Assembly (NCBI GenBank): GCA_965113315.1
Contig: OZ220376.1
Length of the DNA: 64,000 nucleotides
Source: Podarcis vaucheri
Taxonomy: Eukaryota
Reading direction: 5' to 3' (one strand)
In this document: positions 49,671 through 62,035 of the stretch, piece after piece
How positions within the stretch are numbered: position 1 is the stretch's first letter
Layout: each line of letters begins with the position of its first letter
Notes under the pieces: generated by a model
What the model was told of the DNA's origin: nothing
Database searches by the model: none
The model's input: only the letters and a program-made list of their open reading frames with translations
Translations under genes and position numbers: made by a program

Positions 49671-50896
49671 TAGGAGTCTGCTAAGCACCCTTTAATTCAT
49701 GCTGCATTGTTCCAACTAAGCAATAAAAAAGTATTTGGTGCTCATGTTGCTCTTGCTGTTCTGTTTTACATCAAGGGTTGGGAAGCTGTGGTCTCTCCAG
49801 GTGCTGCTGGACTCGCATCAGCCCCAGCCAACATGGCCAACAGCCAGTGATGATGGCAGCTATAGTCCAGCAATTTATATTCTGCTTTCCATGCTCAAGG
49901 AGGCTTACATCATGAAAAAATGCATAATTACAAATATAACAAATATTGTCAGAAACAATACATTTAAAAAATCAGGAAGTACACAACCAAATTGAACAAG
50001 TTCCACATAAAACCATAAGAAGATCTAAAAATAAAGATACAAAAAATAAATATCAATAACAGAAACAAACCCTGCTAACAACCCCCACCCTAAACAATAC
50101 CCAGGAGTCTGTTCAGCAGCCTCAGCTTTTGTAGCTGGAGTCAGTCAGCGTACCACCTTTCCAGGCCAGGTGGGAAAAGGCCTGCAAGGCAGGGAGCAGG
50201 TCTTCCAGGACTCACAGCCAAGATGGCCACATCAAAAGGGCCATAAGTTCCCTGCCTGTAGCATAAAGTCAGTATCGCATCAGTATTTCTTCAGTTAAGA
50301 CACAGAAACACCAAATTTTAGATCAATTCAGTTTTCCCCCCTATGGATACTATTTATTTTTAAAATGTCTAATCCACCGTTTATCCAAATGGTAGTGAAT
50401 AAAAATAAAAATGCAATATAATAATAATAAAAAACACCACCACAGTACCCTCCTTTGCAAGCAACAAAACTGAGAAGCCAGAGAGCGACAGAACTATAAA
50501 GCATACAGAGGAAGCAAACTACGTGTCAGAATCAGACCATCACTACTTCATAACCTTTAAGAGGGCTGTGAAAGTCCATCAAAAAGCCCTGGCATTTGCA
50601 GCATTTCCCCCTCTCTTAGCCTGCAAGCACAGAAGAACACTCATTGCCAAAGTGTCTATAAAGATGTGCCTCCTGAAGGCACGGCAGGACAAACACGCCT
50701 TATCAGCATTTGATATCCTGAAATTGTCAGCCTGTCTGATCACCAAACAAGTTGGCAGCAAAGCTGTGTGGCGTGAAAAGGATTTGATAAGATTTTAAGC
50801 TCCATTCCCCCTCGCCCCATTCATCCCCGCTCGGTGTGCATTAAATGTCACGACACATCTTCCTCGTGCACCCCCACCCCTCAATTGAGCACAAAC

Positions 50897-51075
50897 CTGT
50901 AGCCAACTTTGCGCGAGTAATGAAGGCAGTTCTCCTTGACGTGGGTTTGGAAATAGGCCGACCGGCAAATGGCGCCACACTCTGGGCAGCAATAAGGGGA
51001 TTTGTGAGCATGGATTCTTTGATGAGCACAGTAACTGCACTTGTTGGGCAACAGCATCTGGCACACTTGACAAGT
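50897..51075 (-). CDS. ZNF592: ZNF592 coding exon (most 5' one in window)
   Basis: Acceptor ttcttcctttag|, [59 protein letters not shown](R), donor AG|gtttgt. No further ZNF592-like exon seen in 51076-64000. Confidence 0.95.
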
Positions 51076-52647
51076 CTAAAGGAAGAAAAGGAGATGCCAC
51101 AATTAGCCATTCCTGCTGCACTCTTCACATCTTTTTCCTGCTTCTTTCCATTATGAGAACTTCTACCAACAGAACTTCTTACGTAAATCCTATGGTCTCC
51201 CTTTATCTTCTTACCTTTGCCATGCCACTTCCGTGTTCCATAGAGTGCCCACATACCGCTGGCATTAAATGGTATCCCTACAAATGGGAATTTGGCTTTC
51301 TTCAGCAAGTGTTTTCTCCCCAGGGGTGTGTGTAAAAAGAAAGACAGGTCTAACATAATGCTTATTTCTACTTTCCAAACACCAGGACCATGTTGTAAAG
51401 AGAGCTGTCAGGATTTTCCAGTGACAAGTCGTTCCAATGTCAAATCCTAACGTACTTACCAGTAGAAAGAATTCTGAGGAAGCACTTAAGCCAAGCCAAC
51501 TTAACATTAGCACCATGTTTTCCAGCACCTGAGCAAGGGAATTTCAAGGCCTCTCCCAGATCCCCTCTCTGTAGATCACAAATGACATCAACCCACTCCT
51601 GGTCTATACAACAGGGCACACAGTCACCACTTCTGCTTCCTGGGCCTTCAGTGCTTTGATTCAACCCTAAAGATCTTTCCTTTCTCTGCCCTTGAACTCT
51701 TGTCACTCTCCGTCTGCAGTTTCCTGCCTCCCACCAGTCATGGCTATTCTTGAAGCCCACGTCATGGCTTGCTGCCAATACAGACAATTTGAATTTGACA
51801 GAGGATTGTGCCCTGACACTGCAAAACAGCTCTCCTGCTGATCATTCCATTTTACTACGTACGTTTCTACACAAGTTACAGCAATTTCGTCAGAGGCCTT
51901 ATCATTGTCCCTGAAAGACTCGCAATCCAAGTACTGAATGTTTACTTGACTTACGTACATATGTTTCTATTAATAGCCTCAGAATGGTTTTAAATAGTTA
52001 CCTATTTATATTTTTGTTCTGTGCTTTTAGAACGCCTTTAGTTATTGTTAATATAACCGGTTATCACACACACCCTAAAAATTTGGACCTTTGGGCCTCA
52101 AAACACAGTAAACACTGAAATTCCAGACTAAAAGCTCAGGGAGAACAGTCCAGAATTTCAACAGCCTACAAACCTGCCTCTTCCCATCTCCTTGCCCCTT
52201 AAGATCAACACTGGACTGCATCCCTGCAGGTGGCAAGGAGTGTCAGACAGCAGAACGCTTCTGACCCCTTTCCGTATTCCCCTACAGAAAAAACCTCTGC
52301 ATGTGGAAAGCTTGCACACCAAAGAGGATGAAACTTCTTCCTGACATATTAGCTGTCTATGTGTGAGAAGATTTTTACACAATGGGAAATTTAAGGATAC
52401 TGTTCCCCCACTGCCAGCAGGTTTAAATAGCACAGATGGGGAAAGACTACTGGAACTATGGAATTTCAACATTTAGTATACTCTGGGGCCCAAAGGTCCT
52501 GATTCGCAGAGAGATTGTGGTGGTTGCTTTCATTGGAGTCATGTTTTGGATGCTTAAATCAGGAGTTGGTCTAAGATTCTTCTTCCACAGCAGCTGCCTG
52601 ATACACATTCAGAATTCAATTTAATCATGCTACTGTTTCATCAAGAC

Positions 52648-53959
52648 CAGGGGTCGGCAACCCGCGGCTCCGGAGCCGCATGCGGCTCTTTTACACCTTT
52701 GCCGCGGCTCCGCAGATCCTCGGGGACCCTGAGCAGAAAAGCAAAAGTGCCAGAAAGAGGAGGGGGATGGAGCTGGACAGCCGAGCTGGGCAAAGCAAGG
52801 CGGCGGCAGCGGAGCTCGAGAGGCGGCGGCGGCCGGAGAAGGGCTGCTACTGCTGCTGCTTCTGCCGCCGGAGGGAGGTTCTGCCAGGCGGCTTCATGGC
52901 TCATAGCTTCCCCCGGGGTAGGACGGGCGGCGGCGGCGAGGGGGAATGCTCTCCCAGGCCACGCTCTTCTCAGCCCCGCGCGCGAGGCACCTGAGGCGAG
53001 GGAGAGAGCGCGCGCGCTCGAGGGAAATGGCGGGGTGGGGTTTTTGTGTGTGTGTGTGTGAGAGGGGTGGCGGTGGTGCTTCGGGATCCTTTTCCATGCC
53101 TTGCTTCTGAGTGGCTGCCCGAGTTGAGAGAGAGCACCTGAGGTGAACCACAAAATGGGCCCGCCCTCCCTGTCAGGGAGGAAGGGGTGAATTACGTCAG
53201 TGACGAGGAGGGGGTCCAGAGGTAGCCAGCAGGTGCTGTGATGCAGCATCTCGGCCTCAGAGAGAGGCGGGGGAGCGCGAGAGCAATTGCCAGGGGAAGC
53301 TGTTAGGCACCAAAATCCTGCATGCGGGATTTCCCCCGTTCTCTCGTGCCTATGCAATTCCTGCCCTTCTCCCTTCCCCCTCGAGATTTGCTGCAGAGAC
53401 AAGCAAATGAAGAAGGGAAGAGTATTAGCTGACATGTCCCCGGATCCCATGGAAAGCACCACAGATTCCTTTGCTTACCAGCTCTTTTTATTTTAAGTTG
53501 GCTTCAAACCTGTAATTGCGTAGGTGTATGTATGTATACATATACACACACATAAATATTCATATCTCTTCCCTCTCACCTTCCTTTCACCCAGTTTCTC
53601 TGGCACTGGTTTATAAATGCTGCTATGTAGAAATGATGAGAAAGTTGCACCAGCAGAAGGAATGGATATGTGCTGTTAGTAAAAAGAGAGGGAGTTGAAC
53701 TGCAGGGAGGGACTGACACTTTTCTATGTATTAATTTGTATAATGCCCTCTATGCACATGGTGCTTTGCAAAAAATGGATATGAGAGGTACCATACCCCT
53801 CTTTGCTATCTGAAATAGACTCGGGAAAAAGAGAGAGAATGGGGGAAGGGGAAGAATGTGTGGTTATTTACATTTGGCTTGTTTTGCGGCTCCCAGTTTT
53901 TCCGCCCTTCAGAAACGGGTCCAAGTGGCTCTTTTTGTCTTAAAGGTTGCAGACCCCTG
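52648..53959. mobile_element. Non-autonomous hAT element (1312 bp) with CpG-rich internal cargo
   Basis: TIRs caggggtcggcaacc / ggttgcagacccctg, 8-bp TSD atcaagac (52640-52647 / 53960-53967); no transposase motifs seen. Confidence 0.9.
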
Positions 53960-54715
53960 ATCAAGACCATCCAGTCTAATTTTGTGAAGTGGAAACGTTT
54001 ATATAAAAACTGAAATTATCATAGGCTTATGCAAGTAACGCAAGTTACTGTAAAGCTGTGATAAGAAATGTGAGCAAAAAGGAGGAAAAGTTGGGTAATA
54101 ATCCACAACCATTTAAGCCATAGAGGTTTTTCCTACCGAATTCTGTATGTTGTGGATTTAACCCTTTTTATCTACTGTTGTATGATATGTATGCCCTTGA
54201 TGTCTGGGAAATACTTAAGAAGGTTTTGCCAATGAAAGCTACCAATTTATCTCAAAATTTAAATTCTAAGGTCCTCCCAAGCCTCATGAGCTTCACCAAT
54301 TCATTGGAGTCAAATCTCCACTATCATTTATCTCCTTTTCATTTATCTCAGCTCTTCTTCACTTTATGCTCCCATCATTGCATCAGGCTGTAGCAGAGCG
54401 ATCGATGGGAGCAGGACCACTCCATTAGCTCTGCTGAGAAACCAGCTCCACATGGAGCCTCCTCTCCATAAATGGCTTCCATGCCAGTTGGTCATTATAA
54501 GAACAACTATGCAAAAGAGCCTATGTTTGCTTGTTTCCCTTTTCCCTCCTCATTCCTTTGTCCTGTGTCTTTTAGACTGCAAATCTGTGGTCAGGAACTG
54601 TCTTGTTTCATTAATCTAATGTAAGTCTCTCTTGAAACCTTTTGGTTGAAAAGTAGAGTACATTAATAAATTAATCTATAGGGGAACAGCTGTGATGGTC
54701 CTTGATCATCTATTT

Positions 54716-54852
54716 CAGGCACCCCCAACCTTCGGCCCTCCAGATGTTTTGGCCTACAACTCCCATGATCCCTAGCTAACAGGACCAGTGGTCAGGGATG
54801 ATGGGAATTGTAGTCCAAAACATCTGGAGGGCCGAAAGTTAGGGAAGGCCTC
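54716..54852. mobile_element. Palindromic hAT-derived MITE
   Basis: Long internal inverted repeat cggccctccagatgtttt / aaaacatctggagggccg; same family as 59373-59509. Confidence 0.75.
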
Positions 54853-55374
54853 ATCTAAGTAGTACTTCAGGGTCTCTTTTGTTTCTAGCCTCCTAAGCAT
54901 CTGGTGAACTGTCAGGCAGATCTTCAGGGAGAGGGAGGTTAGATGGGGAGAGAATCTAGTTTAGAAAAGGATGTTGGTAAAATAGTAGTTTTACCAGTTC
55001 CCACTCACTATCTCCCGCAAAACCACAAAGATACTTAACTACTGAATAATGCTTAGAAACTACAATGGTACTATCTGTTTAATTAAAGGGAAATAGATAA
55101 AAAATAATCAGGCAGAACCCAGCACCAAATGTTGCATTTCCGTTGTATGTTCCCGAGGGAAAAGTAACTTCTGACTTTGACGCTTTCACTGCAAAATAAA
55201 ACTAAAGTGTGCATTAAGTAAATAGAGTACACATATTCTCAGATTTCTAAAGTGAAGAGATTCCCTTCCTTAAGTAAATGCTACCATTGAGGCAGCTGCC
55301 CATCCCATAATGCTACCTGAGCAAAAGACTTGCACATCCCTTACCTGCAACTCTGAATCTCTCTCATCCTAGTG

Positions 55375-55707
55375 CAGGGGTCTGCAACCTGCGGCTCCGG
55401 AGCCGTATGTGGCTCTTTTACACCTTTGCCGCGGCTCCGGGGCAGATACTAGCGAGGGGAGGAGGCGCATTGTGTGCCCCGACACTCCCCACTGTGGCAG
55501 GCACTGTACTGGCTGTGACGTTGCATGGGGGCGGTGCGTGCGTTAGTCACGCACCGTCCCAACGTCACCTTCCCGCCCGCTGTTAGATCAGAGGGCAGCG
55601 GCACGCATGCTTTAAATGTCACAATGGTTTTGCGGCTCCCAGGTTGTTGTTTTTCTTCGGAAACGGGTGCAAGTGGCTCTTTTTGTCTTAAAGGTTGCAG
55701 ACCCCTG
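55375..55707. mobile_element. Non-autonomous hAT element (333 bp), same ends as 52648-53959
   Basis: TIRs caggggtctgcaacct / aggttgcagacccctg, 8-bp TSD tcctagtg. Confidence 0.92.
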
Positions 55708-55841
55708 TCCTAGTGTTTCATTGCAGTAGCTTGTATTTAATCAAATATTTGATTTCAGTATACAATTAGAAACTGTGATATGCTACAACTACAGCAGCAT
55801 ACAAAGGAATGTGGTCAGCTGACAGGTTTAGCATTAAATTA

Positions 55842-56053
55842 CAGTGGTACCTCGCAAGACGAATGCCTCGCAAGACGAAAAATGCGCAAGACGAAAGAGT
55901 TTTCCGGGTTTTTTGAGTTTGTTTCCTTTTTCTTAAAGCTGCTAAGCCGTTAATAGCTGCTAAGCCGCTAATAGCCGTGCTTCGCAAGACGAAAAAACCG
56001 CAAGACGAAGAGACTCGCGGAACGGATTAATTTCGTCTTGCGAGGCATCACTG
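55842..56053. mobile_element. Tc1/mariner-pogo type MITE (CAAGACGA family)
   Basis: TA-flanked TIRs, same family as 144-380. Confidence 0.85.
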
Positions 56054-56225
56054 TATCCAAATTAAAAAATAAATTATCTGTATTAGTGTTATCTATTGAA
56101 ATTCCATTTTCATTTGTATAGTTGTAAATTAATCTGTCACTCACAGTTTCCATAATGAAAGTATATTTATTCAATACACCTGGCCCATGTTCTCCACAAT
56201 TCCATGCCTCTTTTTCTCCTGATTT

Positions 56226-56653
56226 CATAGAATCATAGAATCATAGAGTTGGAAGAGACCACAAGGGCCATCGAGTCCAACCCCCTGCCAAGCAGGAAAC
56301 ACCATCAGAGCACTCCTGACATATGGTTGTCAAGCCTCTGCTTAAAGACCTCCAAAGTAGGAGACTCCACCACACTCCTTGGCAGCAAATTCCACTGTCG
56401 AACAGCTCTTACTGTCAGGAAGTTCTTCCTAATGTTTAGGTGGAATCTTCTTTCTTGTAGTTTGGATCCATTGCTCCGTGTCCGCTTCTCTGGAGCAGTA
56501 GAAAACAACCTTTCTCCCTCCTCTATGTGACATCCTTTTATATATTTGAACATGGCTATCATATCACCCCTTAACCTCCTCTTCTCCAGGCTAAACATGC
56601 CCAGCTCCCTTAGCCGTTCCTCATAAGGCATCGTTTCCAGGCCTTTGACCATT
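56226..56653 (-). mobile_element. CR1 LINE 3' fragment
   Basis: Near-identical to 20935-21377 in reverse orientation; (CATAGAAT)n tail; short direct repeat tgattt on both sides. Confidence 0.93.
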
Positions 56654-58021
56654 TGATTTGCAGGACAAATGCAACACTTTGCCAGTTTGGATGAAAAAGG
56701 CATAAATACATAACACTAACCTTTAGCCCTCCAGATGTTGCTGGACTACAACTCCCACAATCCCACCACTGGCCAACAACATCCAGAGGGCTGCACATTT
56801 GTCACCTCTGACATAACCCTATACCAGTTTGTCACTGCATCTGACGCACCCAAATGTCATAAAATATGAACAAAGATTCTGCACTGTTATGTGTCTACAG
56901 TAAACACAAAGAATAATAATTCCTAACTTTACTCCTAGGTTGTGATGTTGGAAATATCAATTTAGAATCAACCAAGGGGCTCTTTAATGATGGATACTCA
57001 AGACAAATTTTCTAACTTTCAGCAGACATAGAATTCCGGCTATAATCATGAAAAAGAAGGCTCATTTGGCCCGGAAATGAGTCCTCCTTTATCGGCATTT
57101 TGAAGACACATCACTTAAGCCACTGTTTGTACCCAAAAGGGTGAACAGGAGTAACAAAGTCATCTTAACTAAAGCTGACATTTGTCCTATTGCCAAAGAA
57201 GATCACAGCCAATGGGAAGAATAACTATCAGCAACTCCAGAGATTATGCAAGGAAAATTCAAGAGGTCTAATCAATCTACTGCATTTCTGAATAAAAATT
57301 ACCCTCCAGATTCAGCAGACGGGACTGTTCCAGAAGAAGAGGATTTGCTGAGTAATTTTGTTAACCTACCAAATAAAGAGCAAAGTGACATTCTCACCAA
57401 ACTAGCTAAGTTACAGTCCAGGTTGACCCAAATACAACAGCATGGACAACAAAATGTTGGTGAAACAATTGACAATCAAGCCTTTTGCCCACAAGCTGTT
57501 TCTCCAAAGTGTATAGTTAAAAAGAGGGCTACCAGAGGAACTTCGAAGTGTATAGATGGAGAGCTGCAAACTCAACCCCCCTTGGAATATGATAGGATGA
57601 GGGACAATCCTGATGGCATGACTACGAATTCCTGGCTGAGCTATGAGAAATTAGCTCCAAATGTAATAGGTAGTCCTCTCCCGAGAATCAAAAAGGATAC
57701 TAACAACGTTGAATGTGTTCTTACTGATAAGAGGAATGGAAGCGTTTTTTAAGAAAAATGATAAATCGATATTTCCTGAAGTTTGGGCCACAGCCCTATA
57801 TTCAAAAAGGGCCTTACATTCAATCTAGCTAGTTATAGACCAATTAGCTTGCTACCAGTAATTAGCAAATTATATGCAAAGCATCTTTACAATAAGCTAA
57901 TTGACTGGATAAGTGATGAAGCTATTCTTGCCGAAGAGCAAGCAGGATTTAGTTGAGTCAGATCCACTATAGATCATTGCTTTGTACTAGTTCATTTTAC
58001 AGATGAGTATGTTAAGAAACA

Positions 58022-58382
58022 GGGGACGCGGGTGGCGCTGTGGGTTAAAGCCTCAGCGCCTAGGGCTTGCCGATCGAAAGGTCGGCAGTTCGAATCCCCG
58101 CGGCGGGGTGCGCTCCCGTCGTTCGGTCCCAGCGCCTGCCAACCTAGCAGTTCGAAAGCACCCCCGGGTGCAAGTAGATAAATAGGTACCGCTTACCAGC
58201 GGGAAGGTAAACGGCGTTCCGTGTGCTGCGCTGGCTCGCCAGATGCAGCTTTGTCACGCTGGCCACGTGACCCGGAAGTGTCTTCGGACAGCGCTGGCCC
58301 CCGGCCAATAGATGTGAGATGGGCGCACAAACCCCAGAGTCTGTCAAGACTGGCCCGTTCGGGCAGGGGTACCTTTACCTTT
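58022..58382 (+). mobile_element. Sauria SINE, CpG-rich young subfamily, inserted in the LINE RT
   Basis: TSD tatgttaagaaac (58008-58020 / 58383-58395). Confidence 0.92.
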
Positions 58383-58642
58383 TATGTTAAGAAACCAGGT
58401 GGTGTGCTATATGCAGCTTTCATTGATCTGAAAGCTGCATTCGATTCAATCTCTTGAGTAAGACTGTGGGATTAATTGAACTCCTAAATACAGATAAAAT
58501 ATTATTGTTCTTGATTAAATGTCTATATAAAAACACTGTGCTGAAAGAGCGTTGCTCTACAAATGGGCAGCTCACAGGATCTGTACCAGCCACAAAGGGA
58601 GTTAAGCAAGGTTGCATCCTAGCTCCTGCACTGCTTTAATTA

Positions 58643-58794
58643 CCATATTTTCCTGTGTATAAGACTACCCCTATTTTTGGCTGCAACCAAACACTCGTCC
58701 CCCCCATGCATATATTTCCATGTATAAGATGGCCTATGTTTTTAAACATTATTTTAGAGTAAAAAAACCTAGTCTTATACACGAAAAAATACAG
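58643..58794. mobile_element. TA-flanked Tc1/mariner-superfamily MITE in the LINE RT
   Basis: ccatattttcctgtgtataagac / gtcttatacacgaaaaaatacag ends; the RT reading resumes afterwards. Confidence 0.75.
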
Positions 58795-59372
58795 TATATA
58801 TAAATGCCATTGTCCAGAGTTTAACATCCCCAGAGTATTATGCCCCTAAACTGGCCACAAAAGCCATCTCTGTATTATTATACGCAGATGATGCGATACT
58901 TCTATCTCAAACAAAAGTGGGCCTAAAAAGATTGATGAGGGCATTCTCAGGATACTGCCAAAGAGAACAGCTGGCTGTGAATTACAAGAAAACTGAAGTC
59001 ACAGTGTTTTCAAGAAACTATAGGGCTCATAGACGGTATATGGATAATCAGTTGATCAAACAAGGTAAAGTCTTTAAATACCTCAGCCTTATTTTTCAGT
59101 CAATAATCTAGTAATTATTTAGTTCTGTCTTGGTCCAAATATACTTGCCAAATTCCTCCTGCGTCCCACCTAAAGACTGCTGTAAACTGCGGACGTGGAA
59201 GCAGCAGCACTGCTCCCAGCTTTTTCTTCCCATCTTCCCATCTTGTTTAACATCCTGTCCGACAAAGAGTTCTGAAGTACTGGAAAGCTTCCTCACTATT
59301 CTGGGTAATGTCCTAATAGAAGTATTGACCAACTGTGGGTTCTCAGTTTTTCCTTTATTTGTATTCTCTATA

Positions 59373-59509
59373 ACAGGCATAGGCAAACTCGGCCCTCCAG
59401 ATGTTTTGGGACTACACCTCCCATGATCCCCAGCTAACAGGACCAGTGGTCAGGGATGATGGGGATTGTAGTCCCAAAACATCTGGAGGGCCGAGTTTGC
59501 CTATATCTG
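59373..59509. mobile_element. Palindromic hAT-derived MITE
   Basis: Long inverted arms; 8-bp flanks ctctataa / cactataa (one mismatch). Confidence 0.8.
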
Positions 59510-60156
59510 CACTATAATCTATAACCTATTGCTTGAAAGTTTACAGTGTGGTGACCTGCTCCGGTTGCCCTGCTAAGGAAAGCAGCAATTACTGAAGTTC
59601 AACCACACTGTTTTTGTTTCTAATTAAGCCAAAAACTTCACCAATGAGAGACATGGAATTTGCACTAATTTTCTTGAAGGAAAGCCTACGTGCAGGAAAG
59701 AGGCAAGAACAGCACAGAGCTGCATAACTCACTGGCAAACAACCACTGGATAAAACCAGTTCTTTAGCTTACTCGTTTATTTCAGAAACATTGTAAGAGC
59801 TCACTTTATTTCGTGTGGTTTTTTTGTTTTTACCCAAAGCCAGATTTTACTGGAACGAATGCTCTCGAACAACTTCCCTGCGTCTCTTCAATTTCTCTAT
59901 AGGACTTTGTACACATTGGAAGTTGCTGGCCATAGGCAGCCTGAATTCCATGAATACCCCTGGTAGCGTAACTCAACCCCACCTACAGATGGCGTAGAAG
60001 AAAGAAGGAACGGGGGACCTGTGACCTCCCATCAGCACCAACCAGCATTGCCAATGGTCAGGGTGGGTGATAGGGGCCGCAGTTCAACAACTTCTAGAAG
60101 TCCGCAGGCTCCCTACCCCTGCTTCAGAGTAAGAGTGAGCAATTGCTTTAATTGAG

Positions 60157-60492
60157 TGACACATGTGGCGCTGTGGGTTAAACCACAGAGCCAAGGACTT
60201 GCTGATCAGAAGGTCGGCGGTTCGAATCCCGGTGACGGGGTGAGCTCCCGTTGTTCAGTCCCAGCTCCTGCCAACCTAGCAGTTCGAAAGCACGTCAAAG
60301 TGCAAGTAGATAAATAGGTACCACTCCGGCGGGAAGGTAAACGGCGTTTCCGTGTGCTGATCTGGTTCGCCAGAAGCTGGCCGCATGACCCAGAAGCTAT
60401 ACGCCAGCTCCCTCGGCCAATAAAGCGAGATGAGCACCGCAACCCCAGAGTCGGTCACGACTGGATCTAATGGTCGGGGTCCTTTTACCTTA
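60157..60492 (+). mobile_element. Sauria SINE
   Basis: Head gtggcgctgtgggttaaacc through tail ccttttacctt. Confidence 0.88.
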
Positions 60493-61675
60493 CTTATGAT
60501 GATGATGATATTTGTACCCCGCCCATCTGACCAGCTCAGCTCTCACCCACTCAAGTAAAAAGTCTTAGGTTCAATCCCTGGCATCTTCAGGTAAAGGCTG
60601 GAACCCTGGAGAGCCACTGCCAGTCAGTGCAGTAAACAATACTGTGTGCTACATGGACCAATTGGTCTGATTCAGAATAAGGCGATGTTTTCTGTTTCTA
60701 TGGAAGATTCAAGATGGATTCTATCATGTACGGTGCAATTCTAGAAAATCAAATTCTGCAAAGCAATTGTAGATAGGCTCCACAAATCCAATAATACAAA
60801 GGCAGCGTATGCAAAACTTTGGGGCCCTGGAATTGCCCACTGGAATGGTGGGTGCTATCCAGGTGCCACCTGGCTGCTCTTGTCATTGCAGGCTATGAAT
60901 CAACACAATAAAGGTTGCTGTTGTGTTTCCCTGTAGGCCAGAGAGTCTGATTAATGCCCTAACTGCCGCTTTAGTGGTGCTAATCTGTTTTCAGGGGTTT
61001 GGGGTTATTTACAGTTTTTACAATGGGAAAATTGATGGCTTCTCTTACAGAGTTACAAGAATATATCACATGCCAGCCTGACACAGAAATCTGCACATTA
61101 GAGTGTTTCTACAACAGTGCACCCACCACAGCACAGGAGACACCTTCAAAAGGTCAGAAATAGTAAAGCCGAGCCTGAACAGGAAACTGGTCAAAACCAA
61201 TATTTTTGTCTCACATTTGGAAATCTTTGCTGAAATTTAACAAAAATATATTCAAAGTTACTAGTTCGGGATAATGATTCAATTAAAAGCCAATGGGGTA
61301 AAGGCTCCAGGTGTACAAAGAATATGGGTGATGAGGTGTAGGGGTTAGAGTATTGAACTAGGAACCGGGAGGCCAGGGTTTAGTCATCAAGCTCATGGAG
61401 GGACCTTAAGCTAGTCGTCCTCAGTCTAACCTACTTCGCAGAGTTTCTGCAAAGATAAAACGGGCGCAGGAACCACCTATGCCACCTTGAAGCTCTTGAA
61501 GAAAAGCAGGGGCAGAAATGCAATAAAAAATATAATAAAATGGAAGGCTGCATGCTGCTTTGTCCTCTCCTGGTCTTTTCTTCTCCAGCACGAGTTACAC
61601 CACTGTCTTCCCCCCCAGCTGATCCGCTGTTCACCACTGCTGAGGTTTATATCAGCAGCAACATTAGCCATTCGT

Positions 61676-62035
61676 GGAGACGGTGGAGGAAGACTGGAAG
61701 AAATTTAAAGTCTATCTTAAGAACTATTATAATGTTAATGAATGCTAAAACGCCAAGGTTAGGAAAATAAGAGGATACAGCTGTATTGATTTGGTAAAGA
61801 CAAGAGGAGTAAAAGGTTAATTAGCTAAATTTTGAAGTGAGGTTTTGCTGGAAGAAATTTGAAAACAAGGATGCAGAAAGGGAAGGTATGGGGAAGTCGG
61901 AGAAACAGGGTTTAAGAAAAGAAGGTTTTGAAATTTTACATGTTTATGTGTTTGTTTGTTATTGTATTGTGTTTTGTTTGTGTTAAATATGTGTTAAAGA
62001 AAACAACCAATAAAAATTATTTTTTTTTAAAAAAA
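61676..62035 (+). mobile_element. L1-clade LINE 3' fragment
   Basis: AATAAA plus A tail; 16-bp TSD aacattagccattcgt (61660-61675 / 62036-62051). Confidence 0.85.

Larger units (their letters stand above)
56930..59110 (+). mobile_element. Decayed non-LTR retrotransposon (RT domain; clade uncertain, RTE-X/L2-like) split by a SINE and a MITE
   Basis: RT motifs SYRPISLL, EEQAGF, AAFIDLKAAFDS, GVKQGCILAP and LLYADD with stops and frameshifts. Upstream 56.9-57.75 kb is possibly an ORF1 remnant. Confidence 0.8.

Noticed and set aside
22389-51075. Alternative identity as SEC11C / ZNF532 / GRP
   Set aside because: The N-terminus MLSLDFLDDVRR and 179-aa length fit SEC11A; the zinc-finger text fits ZNF592; WATGHFM is NMB-type (GRP has WAVGHLM).
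52641-53462. 273-aa minus-strand ORF, the longest in the window
   Set aside because: Lies in GC-rich hAT cargo, is low complexity, crosses a (CA)n tract and has no transposase or other recognisable motif.
57246-57752. 168-aa plus-strand ORF
   Set aside because: Contiguous with a decayed LINE RT and antisense within a ZNF592 intron; best explained as a retroelement remnant.
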